A DNA stretch of 64,000 nt from Candidatus Melainabacteria bacterium (GTDB taxonomy: Bacteria > Cyanobacteriota > Vampirovibrionia > 2-02-FULL-35-15). The notes beneath the pieces are model-generated. The model was not told the origin of the DNA, ran no database searches, and saw nothing but the letters and a program-made list of their open reading frames with translations. Below are positions 20,765 to 30,700 of this stretch, one piece after another (position 1 is the first letter of the stretch; every line of letters starts with the position of its first letter). The DNA lies in assembly GCA_016201905.1 (NCBI GenBank), contig JACQBQ010000018.1, positions 56,667 to 120,666 on the forward strand, in the 5' to 3' direction. The translations under genes were made by a program, and so were the position numbers.

Positions 20765-22717
20765 ATGACAAAAGTTTTGTATGAAATTGATTCAGCTTTA
20801 AAGAGTCAGCTAAAAAATGTTCCATCATTATCTGGCATTTACATGATGATGGATAAAAAAGGTGAAGTTATATACATTGGTAAAGCTTTAAACTTAAAAG
20901 ACAGAGTCAGATCGTATTTTAATATTGCTTCATGGAAAGACAGACCAAAGCTTTGTTTCATGATGCCAAAAGTCAAAGAAATAAAGACAGTCGTTACCCG
21001 TTCTGAAAAAGAAGCGCTCATTTTGGAAGCCAGTTTAGTAAATAAGCATCAACCCAAATACAATGTAACTTTAAAAGATGATAAGAAATTCCCATGGCTA
21101 ATGATTACACATGATGAAAGCTATCCGCGGGTAGTGCCTATTCGTGATGTAGCAGGGTTTAAACATAAATATCCAAACACTAAAAACAAATTCTTTGGAC
21201 CGTATAGTGACAGTGGTGCTATGTGGGAAACATATAAAGTCTTAAAAGAAGGTTTTCAGCTTAGGCTTAGAAGAAAACCTCTTTTTAAAGACAGACCGTG
21301 TATGAATTACCATCTGAGGCTTTGTTCTGGACCTTGTCAAAGTCTTATTATTTATGATGATTACCAGAAAATTGTTAAGCAGGTTGAGGATTTTTTGCTT
21401 GGTAAATATGATGTCGTTTTAGAAGATTTAAAAAAACAAATGAAAGAAGCTAGTAAAAATCTTCAATATGAAAAAGCCGCAAAATTTAGAGACACAATAG
21501 GAAAAATAAAAAAAGTTTTGGAAAAACAAATTGTAGTAAGTGATGAGGTGAGCCTTAGTCAGGATATTTTTGCTTGTGACTGGAGTGGGCAAAATATGCT
21601 TCTGGAGTTGCTTATGGTAAGAGAAGGAAAGGTTGTTGCTGTCGAGTCATTGCCAGTAGATCTTCCGAAAGATACTGAGTTGGAAATTGCATTTAATGAA
21701 GCTATAAAACAATACTACACAAGGATTAATGATGAAAATATCCCGAAAGAAATAATAGTACAGTTTAAACTTGCTGAAATAAATTATATAGAAGAATGGC
21801 TTACCTCAAGGTCTAAGAAAAAAGTAACAGTGATATGTCCTAAAAAAGGGAAAAAGCTGGAGCTTATAAAGATGGCAGAGCACAATGCAAAGCTTGCTTT
21901 ACAGAGAGTTTTGCTTTCAAATATTAATAATGTAGGGGCAATTCGAGAATTGCCCCTACAGGAATTACAAAAAGAATTAGGTTTAAAAAATATTCCAAAT
22001 CGCATTGAATGCTTTGATATTTCTCATCTTGGTGGTACTGGTACTGTTGGAAGTATGGTTTGCTTTATTAATGGAAAACCAGATAAAAATGAATACAGAA
22101 AATTTAAATTAAAGACAGTATTAAATAAAATTGATGACTTTCAATCAATGAAAGAGATTATTTCTAGGAGATATAGAATGCATAGCGTCATTGCGAGCGA
22201 AGCGAAGCAATCTCAAGATCGTTCTAAGAGTAATGAGATTGCTTCGTCGCCTTTGCAGGCTCCTCGCAATGACGTGGTTTTACCTGACCTCATAATCATC
22301 GATGGTGGCAAAGGCCAATTAAGTGCTGCAAAAGAAGCTCTGGAATCTTTAAATATTGATCTAAATAAAATTGATTTAATCAGCCTTGCAAAAAGATTAG
22401 AAGAAGTGTTTAAGCCTGGTGAAAAGAAATCGATTCTACTTGATCGAAAATCAAAAACATTATTTTTACTTCAAAGGATAAGAGATGAAGCACATAGATT
22501 TGCAATAACTTTTCAAAGAGACACAAGAACAAAGGACACATTTCAGTCTGAATTAGAAAAAATCTCAGGGTTAACCAAAGCAAAGATTCAAAGACTCATG
22601 AATTATTTTGGATCGTTGAAAAATATTCAGGAAGCGGATTTGGAGACTTTTGCAAAAGTGCTGCGACAGAACAAAGATGTAGTCGGAAATATTTTGGAGA
22701 AAATTAAAAATCTATAA
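20765..22717 (+). CDS. uvrC: Excinuclease ABC subunit C
   Basis: GIY-YIG domain, RIECFDISH, DGGKGQ, RDEAHRFA; two repeat-derived insertions. Confidence 0.96.
   Translation: MTKVLYEIDSALKSQLKNVPSLSGIYMMMDKKGEVIYIGKALNLKDRVRSYFNIASWKDRPKLCFMMPKVKEIKTVVTRSEKEALILEASLVNKHQPKYNVTLKDDKKFPWLMITHDESYPRVVPIRDVAGFKHKYPNTKNKFFGPYSDSGAMWETYKVLKEGFQLRLRRKPLFKDRPCMNYHLRLCSGPCQSLIIYDDYQKIVKQVEDFLLGKYDVVLEDLKKQMKEASKNLQYEKAAKFRDTIGKIKKVLEKQIVVSDEVSLSQDIFACDWSGQNMLLELLMVREGKVVAVESLPVDLPKDTELEIAFNEAIKQYYTRINDENIPKEIIVQFKLAEINYIEEWLTSRSKKKVTVICPKKGKKLELIKMAEHNAKLALQRVLLSNINNVGAIRELPLQELQKELGLKNIPNRIECFDISHLGGTGTVGSMVCFINGKPDKNEYRKFKLKTVLNKIDDFQSMKEIISRRYRMHSVIASEAKQSQDRSKSNEIASSPLQAPRNDVVLPDLIIIDGGKGQLSAAKEALESLNIDLNKIDLISLAKRLEEVFKPGEKKSILLDRKSKTLFLLQRIRDEAHRFAITFQRDTRTKDTFQSELEKISGLTKAKIQRLMNYFGSLKNIQEADLETFAKVLRQNKDVVGNILEKIKNL
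21931..21960. repeat. GTAG-type REP palindrome, in frame within uvrC
   Basis: TGTAGGGGCAATTC-GA-GAATTGCCCCTACA, encoding VGAIRELPLQ. Confidence 0.8.
22187..22273. repeat. GTCATTGCGAG...CTCGCAATGAC palindromic element (87 bp), in frame within uvrC
   Basis: Terminal inverted repeats plus internal CGAAGCAATCTC/GAGATTGCTTCG; second copy at 25192-25285. Confidence 0.85.
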
Positions 22718-24091
22718 TTTACAAAACAAATCATACTCATCACAGCTAGTTACTTTTACTTTAATAAATTCACCAGGTAGTGGCACTGCCTCATTAGCTT
22801 TTAAATCAATATAAAGTTGTCCATCAATTTCAGGTGCATCTCTGAAAGAACGTCCTACAGCTCTTACAGGTTGGGGCATGCCATGGCGTGCCCTTACAGT
22901 ATGTTCAAGGTGTTCTACAAGCATTTCAATCTCTTGCCCAATAAACGCTTGATTCTTTTCTAGTGAAATCTTTTGCTGTAATTTCATAATTTTATCTCTG
23001 CGTTCTATTTTGACTTCTTCAGGTACTTGATTTTCAAAATCATTTGCTGGTGTACCTTTTTCTTTTGAATAGGTGAAGACCCCTACTCTGTCAAAACAGC
23101 TTTCTTTTATAAAGTCATAAAGCTCATTAAAGTCTTCTTCGGTTTCGCCGGGAAAGCCTACTATAAAAGTCGTACGGATAGTTCCGCCTGGAAGTTTTTT
23201 ACGAATAAGTTCTACTGTATCTCTTACTGTAGGTGGGCGGCGCATGAATTTAAGTATTTTTGTGCTTGCATGCTGAAGTGGAATATCAATATATTTAACT
23301 ATGTTTAATTTTTTATTAATTACATCTAATATTTCTTCATCCATTTCTGTCGGATATGCATACATAAGGCGAATCCATTTGGCACCAGATTTGTCTGCTA
23401 CTGCTCTAAGTAAATCTGCAAGAGCTCTTCTTTTATAAATGTCAGTTCCATAAGCTGTACTATCCTGTGAAACCAAAACTATTTCTTTAACGCCATTTTT
23501 TACAAGTGTTTTTGCTTCAGTTACTATGTCTTCAATGGTTCGTGATTTCATATCACCTCTTAGATAAGGAATAATACAGAAAGCACATCTATGATCACAG
23601 CCCTCAGCAATTTTTAAATAAGCACTGGGACCGATTTGTGTATTTAAGCGAGGAGTAGATGAATTAGCTACTGCCATTGGTATTTCATCGACTCTAACTA
23701 TCTTTGAATCTTTGCCGGCATTTAAGTTAACAGTTACTTTTTTTACTACATCTAGAATATCTTTTATATTTCCTGTACCGACTACTGCTTGTGCTTGAGA
23801 GAATTCATCAAAAAGGTTTCCTTTAAATCTTTGAGCCATACAGCCAGTGATAATTAATTTTTGCTCTTTATTTGATAGCTCTGATAAGACTTCTTTACTT
23901 TCATTTGTACTTCCTTCTATAAATGTGCAGGTGTTTACAAGAGATAAATCAGCTTTATCGTGATCAGCTGTTATTGGATAGCCTGCAGCATGTAAGATAC
24001 CTATGATATTTTCAGTATCCACAAGGTTTTTAGGGCATCCTAGGGTTGAAACACCAATGGTTGGTAACACTTTATGTTTTTTTGTCTTCAT
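22712..24091 (-). CDS. rimO: Ribosomal protein S12 methylthiotransferase
   Basis: LGCPKNLVD.E, AYLKIAEGCD..C.FC.IP, GRS..DAPEIDG. Confidence 0.96.
   Translation of the reverse strand: MKTKKHKVLPTIGVSTLGCPKNLVDTENIIGILHAAGYPITADHDKADLSLVNTCTFIEGSTNESKEVLSELSNKEQKLIITGCMAQRFKGNLFDEFSQAQAVVGTGNIKDILDVVKKVTVNLNAGKDSKIVRVDEIPMAVANSSTPRLNTQIGPSAYLKIAEGCDHRCAFCIIPYLRGDMKSRTIEDIVTEAKTLVKNGVKEIVLVSQDSTAYGTDIYKRRALADLLRAVADKSGAKWIRLMYAYPTEMDEEILDVINKKLNIVKYIDIPLQHASTKILKFMRRPPTVRDTVELIRKKLPGGTIRTTFIVGFPGETEEDFNELYDFIKESCFDRVGVFTYSKEKGTPANDFENQVPEEVKIERRDKIMKLQQKISLEKNQAFIGQEIEMLVEHLEHTVRARHGMPQPVRAVGRSFRDAPEIDGQLYIDLKANEAVPLPGEFIKVKVTSCDEYDLFCKL
22870..22897. repeat. Degenerate GTAG-type REP, in frame within rimO
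   Basis: GTTGGGGCATGCCA/TGGCGTGCCCTTAC; protein reads VRARHGMPQPVRA. Confidence 0.65.
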
Positions 24092-24122
24092 ATTAAGAGG
24101 TTTATAATTATATCAAATTGAT

Positions 24123-25247
24123 ATGGATATAAAACAATTAATCACTGAAATAGCCTTTGACCTTGGTTTTGATGCTGTTGGCATTACAGTAGCTGATGAT
24201 TTAGAAAAATCAAATGAGCATTTTATACGGTGGAGAGAAAAAGGATTTGCTGGAGATATGAAATATCTTCTCAGAGAAAACCCAATAAATGCAAAGCCAA
24301 AACAAATTCTTCCGGAAGCTAAATCAGTAATTAGCTTGCTTGTAAATTATTACACAGAACCACCCAGCGATCCTGGAGCTAACTATGGGAGGGTTGCAGC
24401 TTATGCGGTAGGGCTAGATTATCATAAGGTCTTAAGAAAAAAAATAAGACAATTTCAAGAAAAGATTGAGAAAAATATTGGTAAACACTTTCTTTCAAGA
24501 GGTTTTTCTGACTCTGTGCCATTGCTTGAAAAGTCATTTGCAAGGAATTCTGGCTTAGGTTTTTTTGGAAAACATACTTTAATTATTAATAAACCATTTG
24601 GCTCTTATTTTTTTATATGTGAGTTAATCTCAGATCTTGAAATTGAAACTACCCATGAAATCTCTGGCACATGTGGACAGTGTACAAGGTGCAAGGATAT
24701 TTGCCCGACTAGTGCTTTAGATAATGAATATCAGCTTGATGCAAGGCTTTGCATTTCGTATTTAACCATTGAAAATAAAGAAAACATTCCACTTGAATTA
24801 AGAGAAAAAATAGGACCGTGGGTTTTTGGCTGTGACTTATGTCAGATGATTTGTCCTTATAATAAAGAAATTAAATCTACAAATTGGGAAGAGTTTAAAC
24901 CAGAGTCAGGAGCTAGCCACTGGTTGAGCTTAAAAGAGATTTTAAGTATTAAATCTGAAAAAGAATTTCACGACAAGTTTTGTCATACACCACTTACCAG
25001 GCCAAAAAGGTCTGGGCTTTTAAGAAATGCAGCTGTTGTTGCAGGAAACAGGCTGGCAGAAAATGTTTTACCGGAGCTGATTTGGCTAGCTGAAAATGAG
25101 CCAGATCTGGTTATTAGAGAACATGTTTTGTGGGCATTGTCTAAATATCCAGATCGCAAGGCTAGTCAAATAGTTAGTAAGTTTGCGACACGTCATTGCG
25201 AGGAACAAAGTGACGAAGCAATCTTACTAACTTATTCACATTTTTGA
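24123..25247 (+). CDS. queG: Epoxyqueuosine reductase
   Basis: YA.G.DYH, two 4Fe-4S motifs (CG.C.RC...CPT; FGCD.CQ..CP). Confidence 0.95.
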   Translation: MDIKQLITEIAFDLGFDAVGITVADDLEKSNEHFIRWREKGFAGDMKYLLRENPINAKPKQILPEAKSVISLLVNYYTEPPSDPGANYGRVAAYAVGLDYHKVLRKKIRQFQEKIEKNIGKHFLSRGFSDSVPLLEKSFARNSGLGFFGKHTLIINKPFGSYFFICELISDLEIETTHEISGTCGQCTRCKDICPTSALDNEYQLDARLCISYLTIENKENIPLELREKIGPWVFGCDLCQMICPYNKEIKSTNWEEFKPESGASHWLSLKEILSIKSEKEFHDKFCHTPLTRPKRSGLLRNAAVVAGNRLAENVLPELIWLAENEPDLVIREHVLWALSKYPDRKASQIVSKFATRHCEEQSDEAILLTYSHF

Positions 25248-25285
25248 GATTGCTTCGTTGGCTCTTTGAGCCTCCTCGCACTGAC
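25192..25285. repeat. Second GTCATTGCGAG...CTCGCA(C)TGAC palindromic element overlapping the queG 3' end
   Basis: Same termini and internal GAAGCAATC/GATTGCTTC as the uvrC copy. Confidence 0.85.
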
Positions 25286-25300
25286 AACTGGAAGTAATAT

Positions 25301-26077
25301 TTATTTCAAGTGTTTAATTAATTCACTGTGTATAAATCCATTAGTGGCAACGATTTCTTTGCTGTAGAGATCATATTTTTTACCTTTAAACTTTGTGATT
25401 TTTCCACCTGCTTCTTTTAAAATGAGTGCCCCAGCTGCTACGTCCCACGGACTAAGTTTTAATTCCCAGAAACCATCTACTTTTCCTGATGCTACATAAC
25501 ACAAATCAAGTGCTGCTGCACCGTCCCTTCTGACACCTTGACTAACTAGGGTTAGGTTTCGAAAGTTATTAAAATTATTTGTTTTAGGGTTTTTTCTGTC
25601 ATATGAAAATCCTGTTACAAGAAGGCTATCTCTTAAAGTTTTAATTTTTGAGACTGAGATTACTTTTCTATTTAATTTTGCACCTTTATTTTTTCTTGCG
25701 CTATAAAGCTCATCGGTTAAAGGATTTTTTATAAGCCCAAATTCAAGAATGTTATTTACAGAAAAACCAATTGATATGCAAAAGCATGGATAACCGTGTG
25801 CAAAATTTGTTGTTCCATCTATTGGATCAATAAACCATTGATACTTTAAGTTTTTTGTGTGTATGCCTGATTCTTCAGCAACTATAGAATGATCAGGATA
25901 CTTTGAGTTTATTTCTTTTAATATTAGAGCTTCAACTTCATGATCAACATTAGTTACCAGATTAAAATCACCTTTTTTATAAGAGATTGTTCTTATTTTG
26001 TCGTAACTTTTTAGAATTACTCTATTAGCTTTTTCTATTAGTTGTTTTGCAAAGTTAAATACATTGTCCACAAGCAC
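25301..26077 (-). CDS. suhB: Inositol monophosphatase family protein
   Basis: LVT.VD, AEES, IDPIDGTTNF, PWDVAAG. Confidence 0.92.
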   Translation of the reverse strand: MLVDNVFNFAKQLIEKANRVILKSYDKIRTISYKKGDFNLVTNVDHEVEALILKEINSKYPDHSIVAEESGIHTKNLKYQWFIDPIDGTTNFAHGYPCFCISIGFSVNNILEFGLIKNPLTDELYSARKNKGAKLNRKVISVSKIKTLRDSLLVTGFSYDRKNPKTNNFNNFRNLTLVSQGVRRDGAAALDLCYVASGKVDGFWELKLSPWDVAAGALILKEAGGKITKFKGKKYDLYSKEIVATNGFIHSELIKHLK

Positions 26078-26402
26078 AAATTCTAATTTAAAAATAAGGG
26101 TAATGAGTTTAGAGTTTAGGTTTTAAACCATTTTTTGCCTTGACTTGTATATGTAGCTTGTTATCGGTCAGTGTTCTTAACCTTTATTCTTAACTAATCA
26201 AGATAATGTTTGCAAGTTAAGAGATTTAGGTTTTTCATCAATTTTCCTAAAAATTTCTTTAAAAAATCAGTGTTTTAACCCCACTTTAGTATTAAGCCAT
26301 ACTTAAATATAAAATATTTATATATTTTTTAATACATTCGTCAATACTACGATAGATTATATATTCGGAACGAACGGTAATAAAAAAGTAAGAGGGAGAA
26401 AT

Positions 26403-26657
26403 ATGGATACATTGTTAAATCAACAACAAAGCCGAAAGAAAACTGGTCCTAAGCCTTTATATGGAGAAGCAAAAAAGATGGTTTCATTCCGTCTATCTCC
26501 AAGGGCATTGGAAATAATCAGACATGTTGCTACACAAAAAGGTGTAAGCCAAGCTGAAGTTATTGAACAATGGGCTCGTTTAATTGGCAGTAATGCAGAT
26601 AGTCTTTTCACACAAAAGACTGAAGCTGTCAGTGAACTAGTTCCATCATTAAACTAG
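26403..26657 (+). CDS. Small ribbon-helix-helix (CopG-like) DNA-binding protein
   Basis: KMVSFRLSPRALEII..VA...GVSQAEVIE; GAGGGAG SD. Confidence 0.7.
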   Translation: MDTLLNQQQSRKKTGPKPLYGEAKKMVSFRLSPRALEIIRHVATQKGVSQAEVIEQWARLIGSNADSLFTQKTEAVSELVPSLN

Positions 26658-26680
26658 TAAGCTTTGATTGTAAAAAATTT

Positions 26681-26717
26681 AAAAGCCCTCAGGATTTATT
26701 CTGGGGGCTTTTATTTT
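26681..26717. terminator. Bidirectional intrinsic terminator
   Basis: AAAAGCCCTCAG...CTGGGGGCTTTT between convergent genes. Confidence 0.75.
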
Positions 26718-26738
26718 GTAAGAGAAAAAAGAAATTTA

Positions 26739-26954
26739 TCAACTGACTTTACTTACCGGATAAATCATTTTATTTGAGACCAGTGTCTTTGATATAATTT
26801 CAGGTTCTTTTTGAATCGGTTCATTTTTATACTGCAATAAATATCTTCTTAGAGCTTCTCTTATAAGTGAACTTCTAGTTCTGTGTTCAAGCTCTGCAAT
26901 TTTGTCGATCTCTTGTAAAAACTCATTTTGAAAATTTACTAAAACTTTTGCCAT
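26739..26954 (-). CDS. CopG/RHH family transcriptional regulator
   Basis: KVLVNF...FLQEIDKIA....RTRSSLIREALRRYL. Confidence 0.8.
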   Translation of the reverse strand: MAKVLVNFQNEFLQEIDKIAELEHRTRSSLIREALRRYLLQYKNEPIQKEPEIISKTLVSNKMIYPVSKVS

Positions 26955-27068
26955 AATTGTTTTTCCTTTTTTCTGTTTTGCTTAAATTAATTTTATCAAC
27001 AATTAAATTTTAGACAATGGATTTATACAGTTATAAGAAAATATTCATAAAGCATTAATAATAGAAAT

Positions 27069-28043
27069 CTATTTTATAAAGTTGCTGGCAGACATTATTA
27101 TTTCGCGAATATCATCATGTTTGGGCTGCCAATTTAAGTCTTTTCGTATTTTACTTGAATCTGCAATTAATACAGGTGGATCTCCTGGTCTCCTCTTACA
27201 AAGTTTGTATTGAATGTCTTTTTTTAGAACTTCTTTTGCTGAGTTTACAATTTCTAATACAGAATATCCATGACCGTAGCCTATGTTATAAATGATTTCA
27301 TGTTTTTTGTTTGTAATGAGTATCTCAAGTGCTCTTATGTGGGCGTGGATTAAATCTGCTACATGTATATAATCCCTAATTGCAGTACCGTCTTTAGTGG
27401 GATAATCATTGCCGTAAACTGATAACTCATAGTTTTTGTTGTTTGCAGCTCTAATTACTAGAGGAATTAAATGTGTTTCGGGATTATGGTTTTCACCATG
27501 CTTTTTAGATGCACCGGCTACATTGAAATATCTAAGAGCAATATAATCTAAATTATGGTTTTGCTTATACCACGCAAGGGCTTTTTCAAAAGCTAGTTTT
27601 GACTCACCATATGGATTAATTGGTTTTGTTTGTGTCTCTTCTTTTATTGGTATATCATCAGGCTTTGGTATTCCATATGTTGCGCAGGTAGATGAAAATA
27701 CAATTTTTTTTACATTGAAACGAATCATTACGTCTAACAGGTTTTGAGCTTGACAAAAATTTATATCAAAGTACTTCAATGGATCTCTCATTGACTCTTC
27801 AACTAAAGCTGCTCCTGCAAAGTGCAAAACAATATCAATCTTATTTTCTTTAAAAATTTTTTCTACAGAAGCAGTATTGCCAATGTTTGTATTAAAAAAA
27901 GGAATATTAGGGGGTATTGCTTCCATGTGTCCTGTCGAAAGATCATCTACAGCTAGGACCTCGTATCCTTCTTCAAGTAACATTTCTGAAGCTATTGAGC
28001 CTATGTATCCTGCAGCGCCAGTTACTAGTATTTTAGATTTCAA
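27069..28043 (-). CDS. galE: UDP-glucose 4-epimerase
   Basis: TGAAGYIGS, FSSTCATYG, NPYGESK, LRYFN, DGT.IRDYIHV. Confidence 0.95.
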   Translation of the reverse strand: MKSKILVTGAAGYIGSIASEMLLEEGYEVLAVDDLSTGHMEAIPPNIPFFNTNIGNTASVEKIFKENKIDIVLHFAGAALVEESMRDPLKYFDINFCQAQNLLDVMIRFNVKKIVFSSTCATYGIPKPDDIPIKEETQTKPINPYGESKLAFEKALAWYKQNHNLDYIALRYFNVAGASKKHGENHNPETHLIPLVIRAANNKNYELSVYGNDYPTKDGTAIRDYIHVADLIHAHIRALEILITNKKHEIIYNIGYGHGYSVLEIVNSAKEVLKKDIQYKLCKRRPGDPPVLIADSSKIRKDLNWQPKHDDIREIIMSASNFIK

Positions 28044-28059
28044 ACTTTTGGGAGCCTTT

Positions 28060-28887
28060 TTATTTTTTACTATCTTTTTTTTGAAGATTCATTTTATTAC
28101 CAAGCAAGATTCTTTGTAACTCTGCTGTGGCAGCCCTAAGTCTCCTCGATACCTGCATTTGGGAAATTCCTAGTCTTCTTGCAACTTCTGTTTGACTTAG
28201 ATCTTTATAGTAAGTCATTTCAACTACTTGTCTTAGATTGTCTTTTAGCTGGCGTATGGCTGCTTGAAGCATTATATTGTCTTCTTCTGAACCAAATTTA
28301 AGCTGGTGGGATGAATCTTCTAATGTATCTATAAGTAGTTGTTCACTGGTTCCATCAGTAGTTAATGTTTGGTCAAGCGAAATAAGTGTTCTTCTGCGAT
28401 CAACTTCATAGGCCTCAGATATTTTATCAGGGTGAATCTGTAGAACTTCAGCAACTTCAGCATCTGTAGGTTCTCGTCCCAGCTCATGAATTAAATCCTG
28501 GACTAGTCTTGAAATCCTGAAACTTAATTCCTGTAGTTCTCTTGGAGCCCTAATCATTGATGTTTTATCTCTTAGGTAGTGTCTTATTTCACCGGTGATT
28601 AAATGTGTGGCATAAGTATGAAACTTTGCTCCAGCATCAGGATCAAACTGTTCAATTGCTTTAACAAGTCCAATACTGCCTACCTGAATCAGATCATCAA
28701 CAGGGTCTGTGCTTCGTCTGGCTAAACCATAAGCAATTCTTTTAACTAAAGAAATAGAATATTGAACGATTTTATCTCTTATATTTTTATCTTTGGTTTT
28801 ATGATATTGAGAAAGAAGTTTATGAATATCCTTACTATCTAATTCATCAAAATCTGTTGATGTTGAGTTTATTGGACTGGGTGACAT
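28060..28887 (-). CDS. RNA polymerase sigma factor, SigF/SigB type
   Basis: DLIQVG.IGL.KAIE.FDP, GEIRHYLRD, ISQMQVSR. Confidence 0.9.
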   Translation of the reverse strand: MSPSPINSTSTDFDELDSKDIHKLLSQYHKTKDKNIRDKIVQYSISLVKRIAYGLARRSTDPVDDLIQVGSIGLVKAIEQFDPDAGAKFHTYATHLITGEIRHYLRDKTSMIRAPRELQELSFRISRLVQDLIHELGREPTDAEVAEVLQIHPDKISEAYEVDRRRTLISLDQTLTTDGTSEQLLIDTLEDSSHQLKFGSEEDNIMLQAAIRQLKDNLRQVVEMTYYKDLSQTEVARRLGISQMQVSRRLRAATAELQRILLGNKMNLQKKDSKK

Positions 28888-29003
28888 GCAGTCTTTACCT
28901 TTATTAAATATATTTTAAGTGTTAGACAATTACTATTATATTTGCTTTATGATGAGCATATTTATTAAAATGTTACCACAGTATGGCCGCTAACTGAATT
29001 AAT

Positions 29004-29951
29004 ATGAAAGTTTTAGAAGTACATAACTTAACTGTATCTTTTGATGGTAAAGCTGCTGTTGATAATGTTTCTTTTGATCTTAATTCAGGTGAAATTGTGG
29101 GTTTGGTTGGTGAATCAGGATGCGGTAAGTCTTTAACAGCTTTTTCTATACTAGGAATTTCACCTCCAAGCAGTATATTGAGTGGAAAAATTATTTATAA
29201 AGATACTGATTTGTTGTCAATGGATGATGAATCAAAAAGAAAAATCAGAGGAAATAAAATATCCCTTATACCCCAAGATCCCTTGTCAGCTTTAAATCCT
29301 GTTTATACCATTGGTGAGCAAATATCAGAAGTCTTAGAGGTTCACAAAAATGCTACACATCAGCAGGCTCTTTTAGAGTCTGAAAAAGTATTAGAAAGTG
29401 TCAACATCCCAAACCCAAAACAAAGATTAAAAGATTATCCACATCAATTCTCAGGTGGTATGAAGCAAAGAGCACTTATTGCAATGGCTTTAGTGGCAGA
29501 ACCGGATATATTAATTGCGGATGAGCCTACTACAGCTTTAGATGTAACTATTCAGTTGCAAATATTAGAAATCATGAAAGGCCTAAAAAATAAAGGCAAG
29601 GCTATTTTATTAATCACTCATGATTTAGCGCAAGTGGCTGAAGTATGTGATCGTGTTTTTGTAATGTATATGGGAAAAATTGTTGAATCTGCACCTACAC
29701 GAGAAATATTTCTTAACCCGAAACATCCTTATACAATTGGTTTGCTCAACTCTCTTCCAAGTGACAGTAAAAAATCATTAAGCCCAATTCTAGGCCAGCC
29801 GCCAAGTATAGATTCTATTCCACAGGGCTGTGCATTTAACCCTCGATGTCCATTTGTTTTCGATAAGTGTAAAAAAGAAGTACCAGAATTATATGATGTA
29901 AAAAGCTCAAACGATCATAAGAGTAGATGCTTCTTAGAAATTAAAAATTAA
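29004..29951 (+). CDS. Oligopeptide ABC transporter ATP-binding protein (OppD-like), orphan
   Basis: GESGCGKS, YPHQFSGGM.QR, ADEPTTALD, P.HPYT. Confidence 0.92.
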   Translation: MKVLEVHNLTVSFDGKAAVDNVSFDLNSGEIVGLVGESGCGKSLTAFSILGISPPSSILSGKIIYKDTDLLSMDDESKRKIRGNKISLIPQDPLSALNPVYTIGEQISEVLEVHKNATHQQALLESEKVLESVNIPNPKQRLKDYPHQFSGGMKQRALIAMALVAEPDILIADEPTTALDVTIQLQILEIMKGLKNKGKAILLITHDLAQVAEVCDRVFVMYMGKIVESAPTREIFLNPKHPYTIGLLNSLPSDSKKSLSPILGQPPSIDSIPQGCAFNPRCPFVFDKCKKEVPELYDVKSSNDHKSRCFLEIKN

Positions 29952-30679
29952 TGTTCTTCAGCATGCTCTCCATGAGCAACTGCAGTACCTATGTAAACAG
30001 TGGTAAGCAGTGAAAATACTAAAGCTTGTATTAAGCCTACAAAGAGTTCAAATGCTAGAGCAAACATTGGCAAGACCAGAGCAACTAATCCTAGGATAGA
30101 CATTACAAGCACTTCGCCAGCAATAGTGTTTGCAAAAAGCCGTAGCGATAATGTCAAAGGCCTTATTAACAAATCCAACCATTCAACAAATCCTAAAGGC
30201 TTAAAATAATTTAGGATGTATCCAGCTCCTCCGGATTTAATACCAGCAATAATATATGTTACTAATGAAATTAGTGCCATACCAGCTGTAACATTTATAT
30301 CTGCTGCTGGTGAAGAGCCTTCCCAGTGATTACCATTGTCTAATTTTGGCCACCAACTAAATGCCTCTCCTATTTTCCATGGCATAAGTCCAAGCCAGTA
30401 GGCAAAGAGCGTGAAAATAAAAATGCCACCAATTAATGGAATATAATTTTTGCCTTTTTTACCTGGGATTTGAGATGAAGTTAAACCGTTTATTAATTGC
30501 CATATTGTTTCCAGGATGGTTTGTCTTAAACTGTAACCCTCAATCCTTAGATTTCTTGTTAGAAGAAATGAGACAGCTAATATTGAAGCCATGATTACCC
30601 ATGAATAAGCGATGGTATCCATATGGACTTTCTGTCCTAGTATTTCATTTGTAATATGTACTCCAAGAGAAGATGACAT
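29948..30679 (-). CDS. atpB: F0F1 ATP synthase subunit a
   Basis: RPLTLSLRLFAN, LF...IQA.VF..L...YI. Confidence 0.93.
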   Translation of the reverse strand: MSSSLGVHITNEILGQKVHMDTIAYSWVIMASILAVSFLLTRNLRIEGYSLRQTILETIWQLINGLTSSQIPGKKGKNYIPLIGGIFIFTLFAYWLGLMPWKIGEAFSWWPKLDNGNHWEGSSPAADINVTAGMALISLVTYIIAGIKSGGAGYILNYFKPLGFVEWLDLLIRPLTLSLRLFANTIAGEVLVMSILGLVALVLPMFALAFELFVGLIQALVFSLLTTVYIGTAVAHGEHAEEH

Positions 30680-30700
30680 TTTTATTCAATTAAAATTTAT

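Noticed and set aside
29434-29444. TTATCCACA DnaA-box match
   Set aside because: A single copy inside the conserved DYPHQ coding motif
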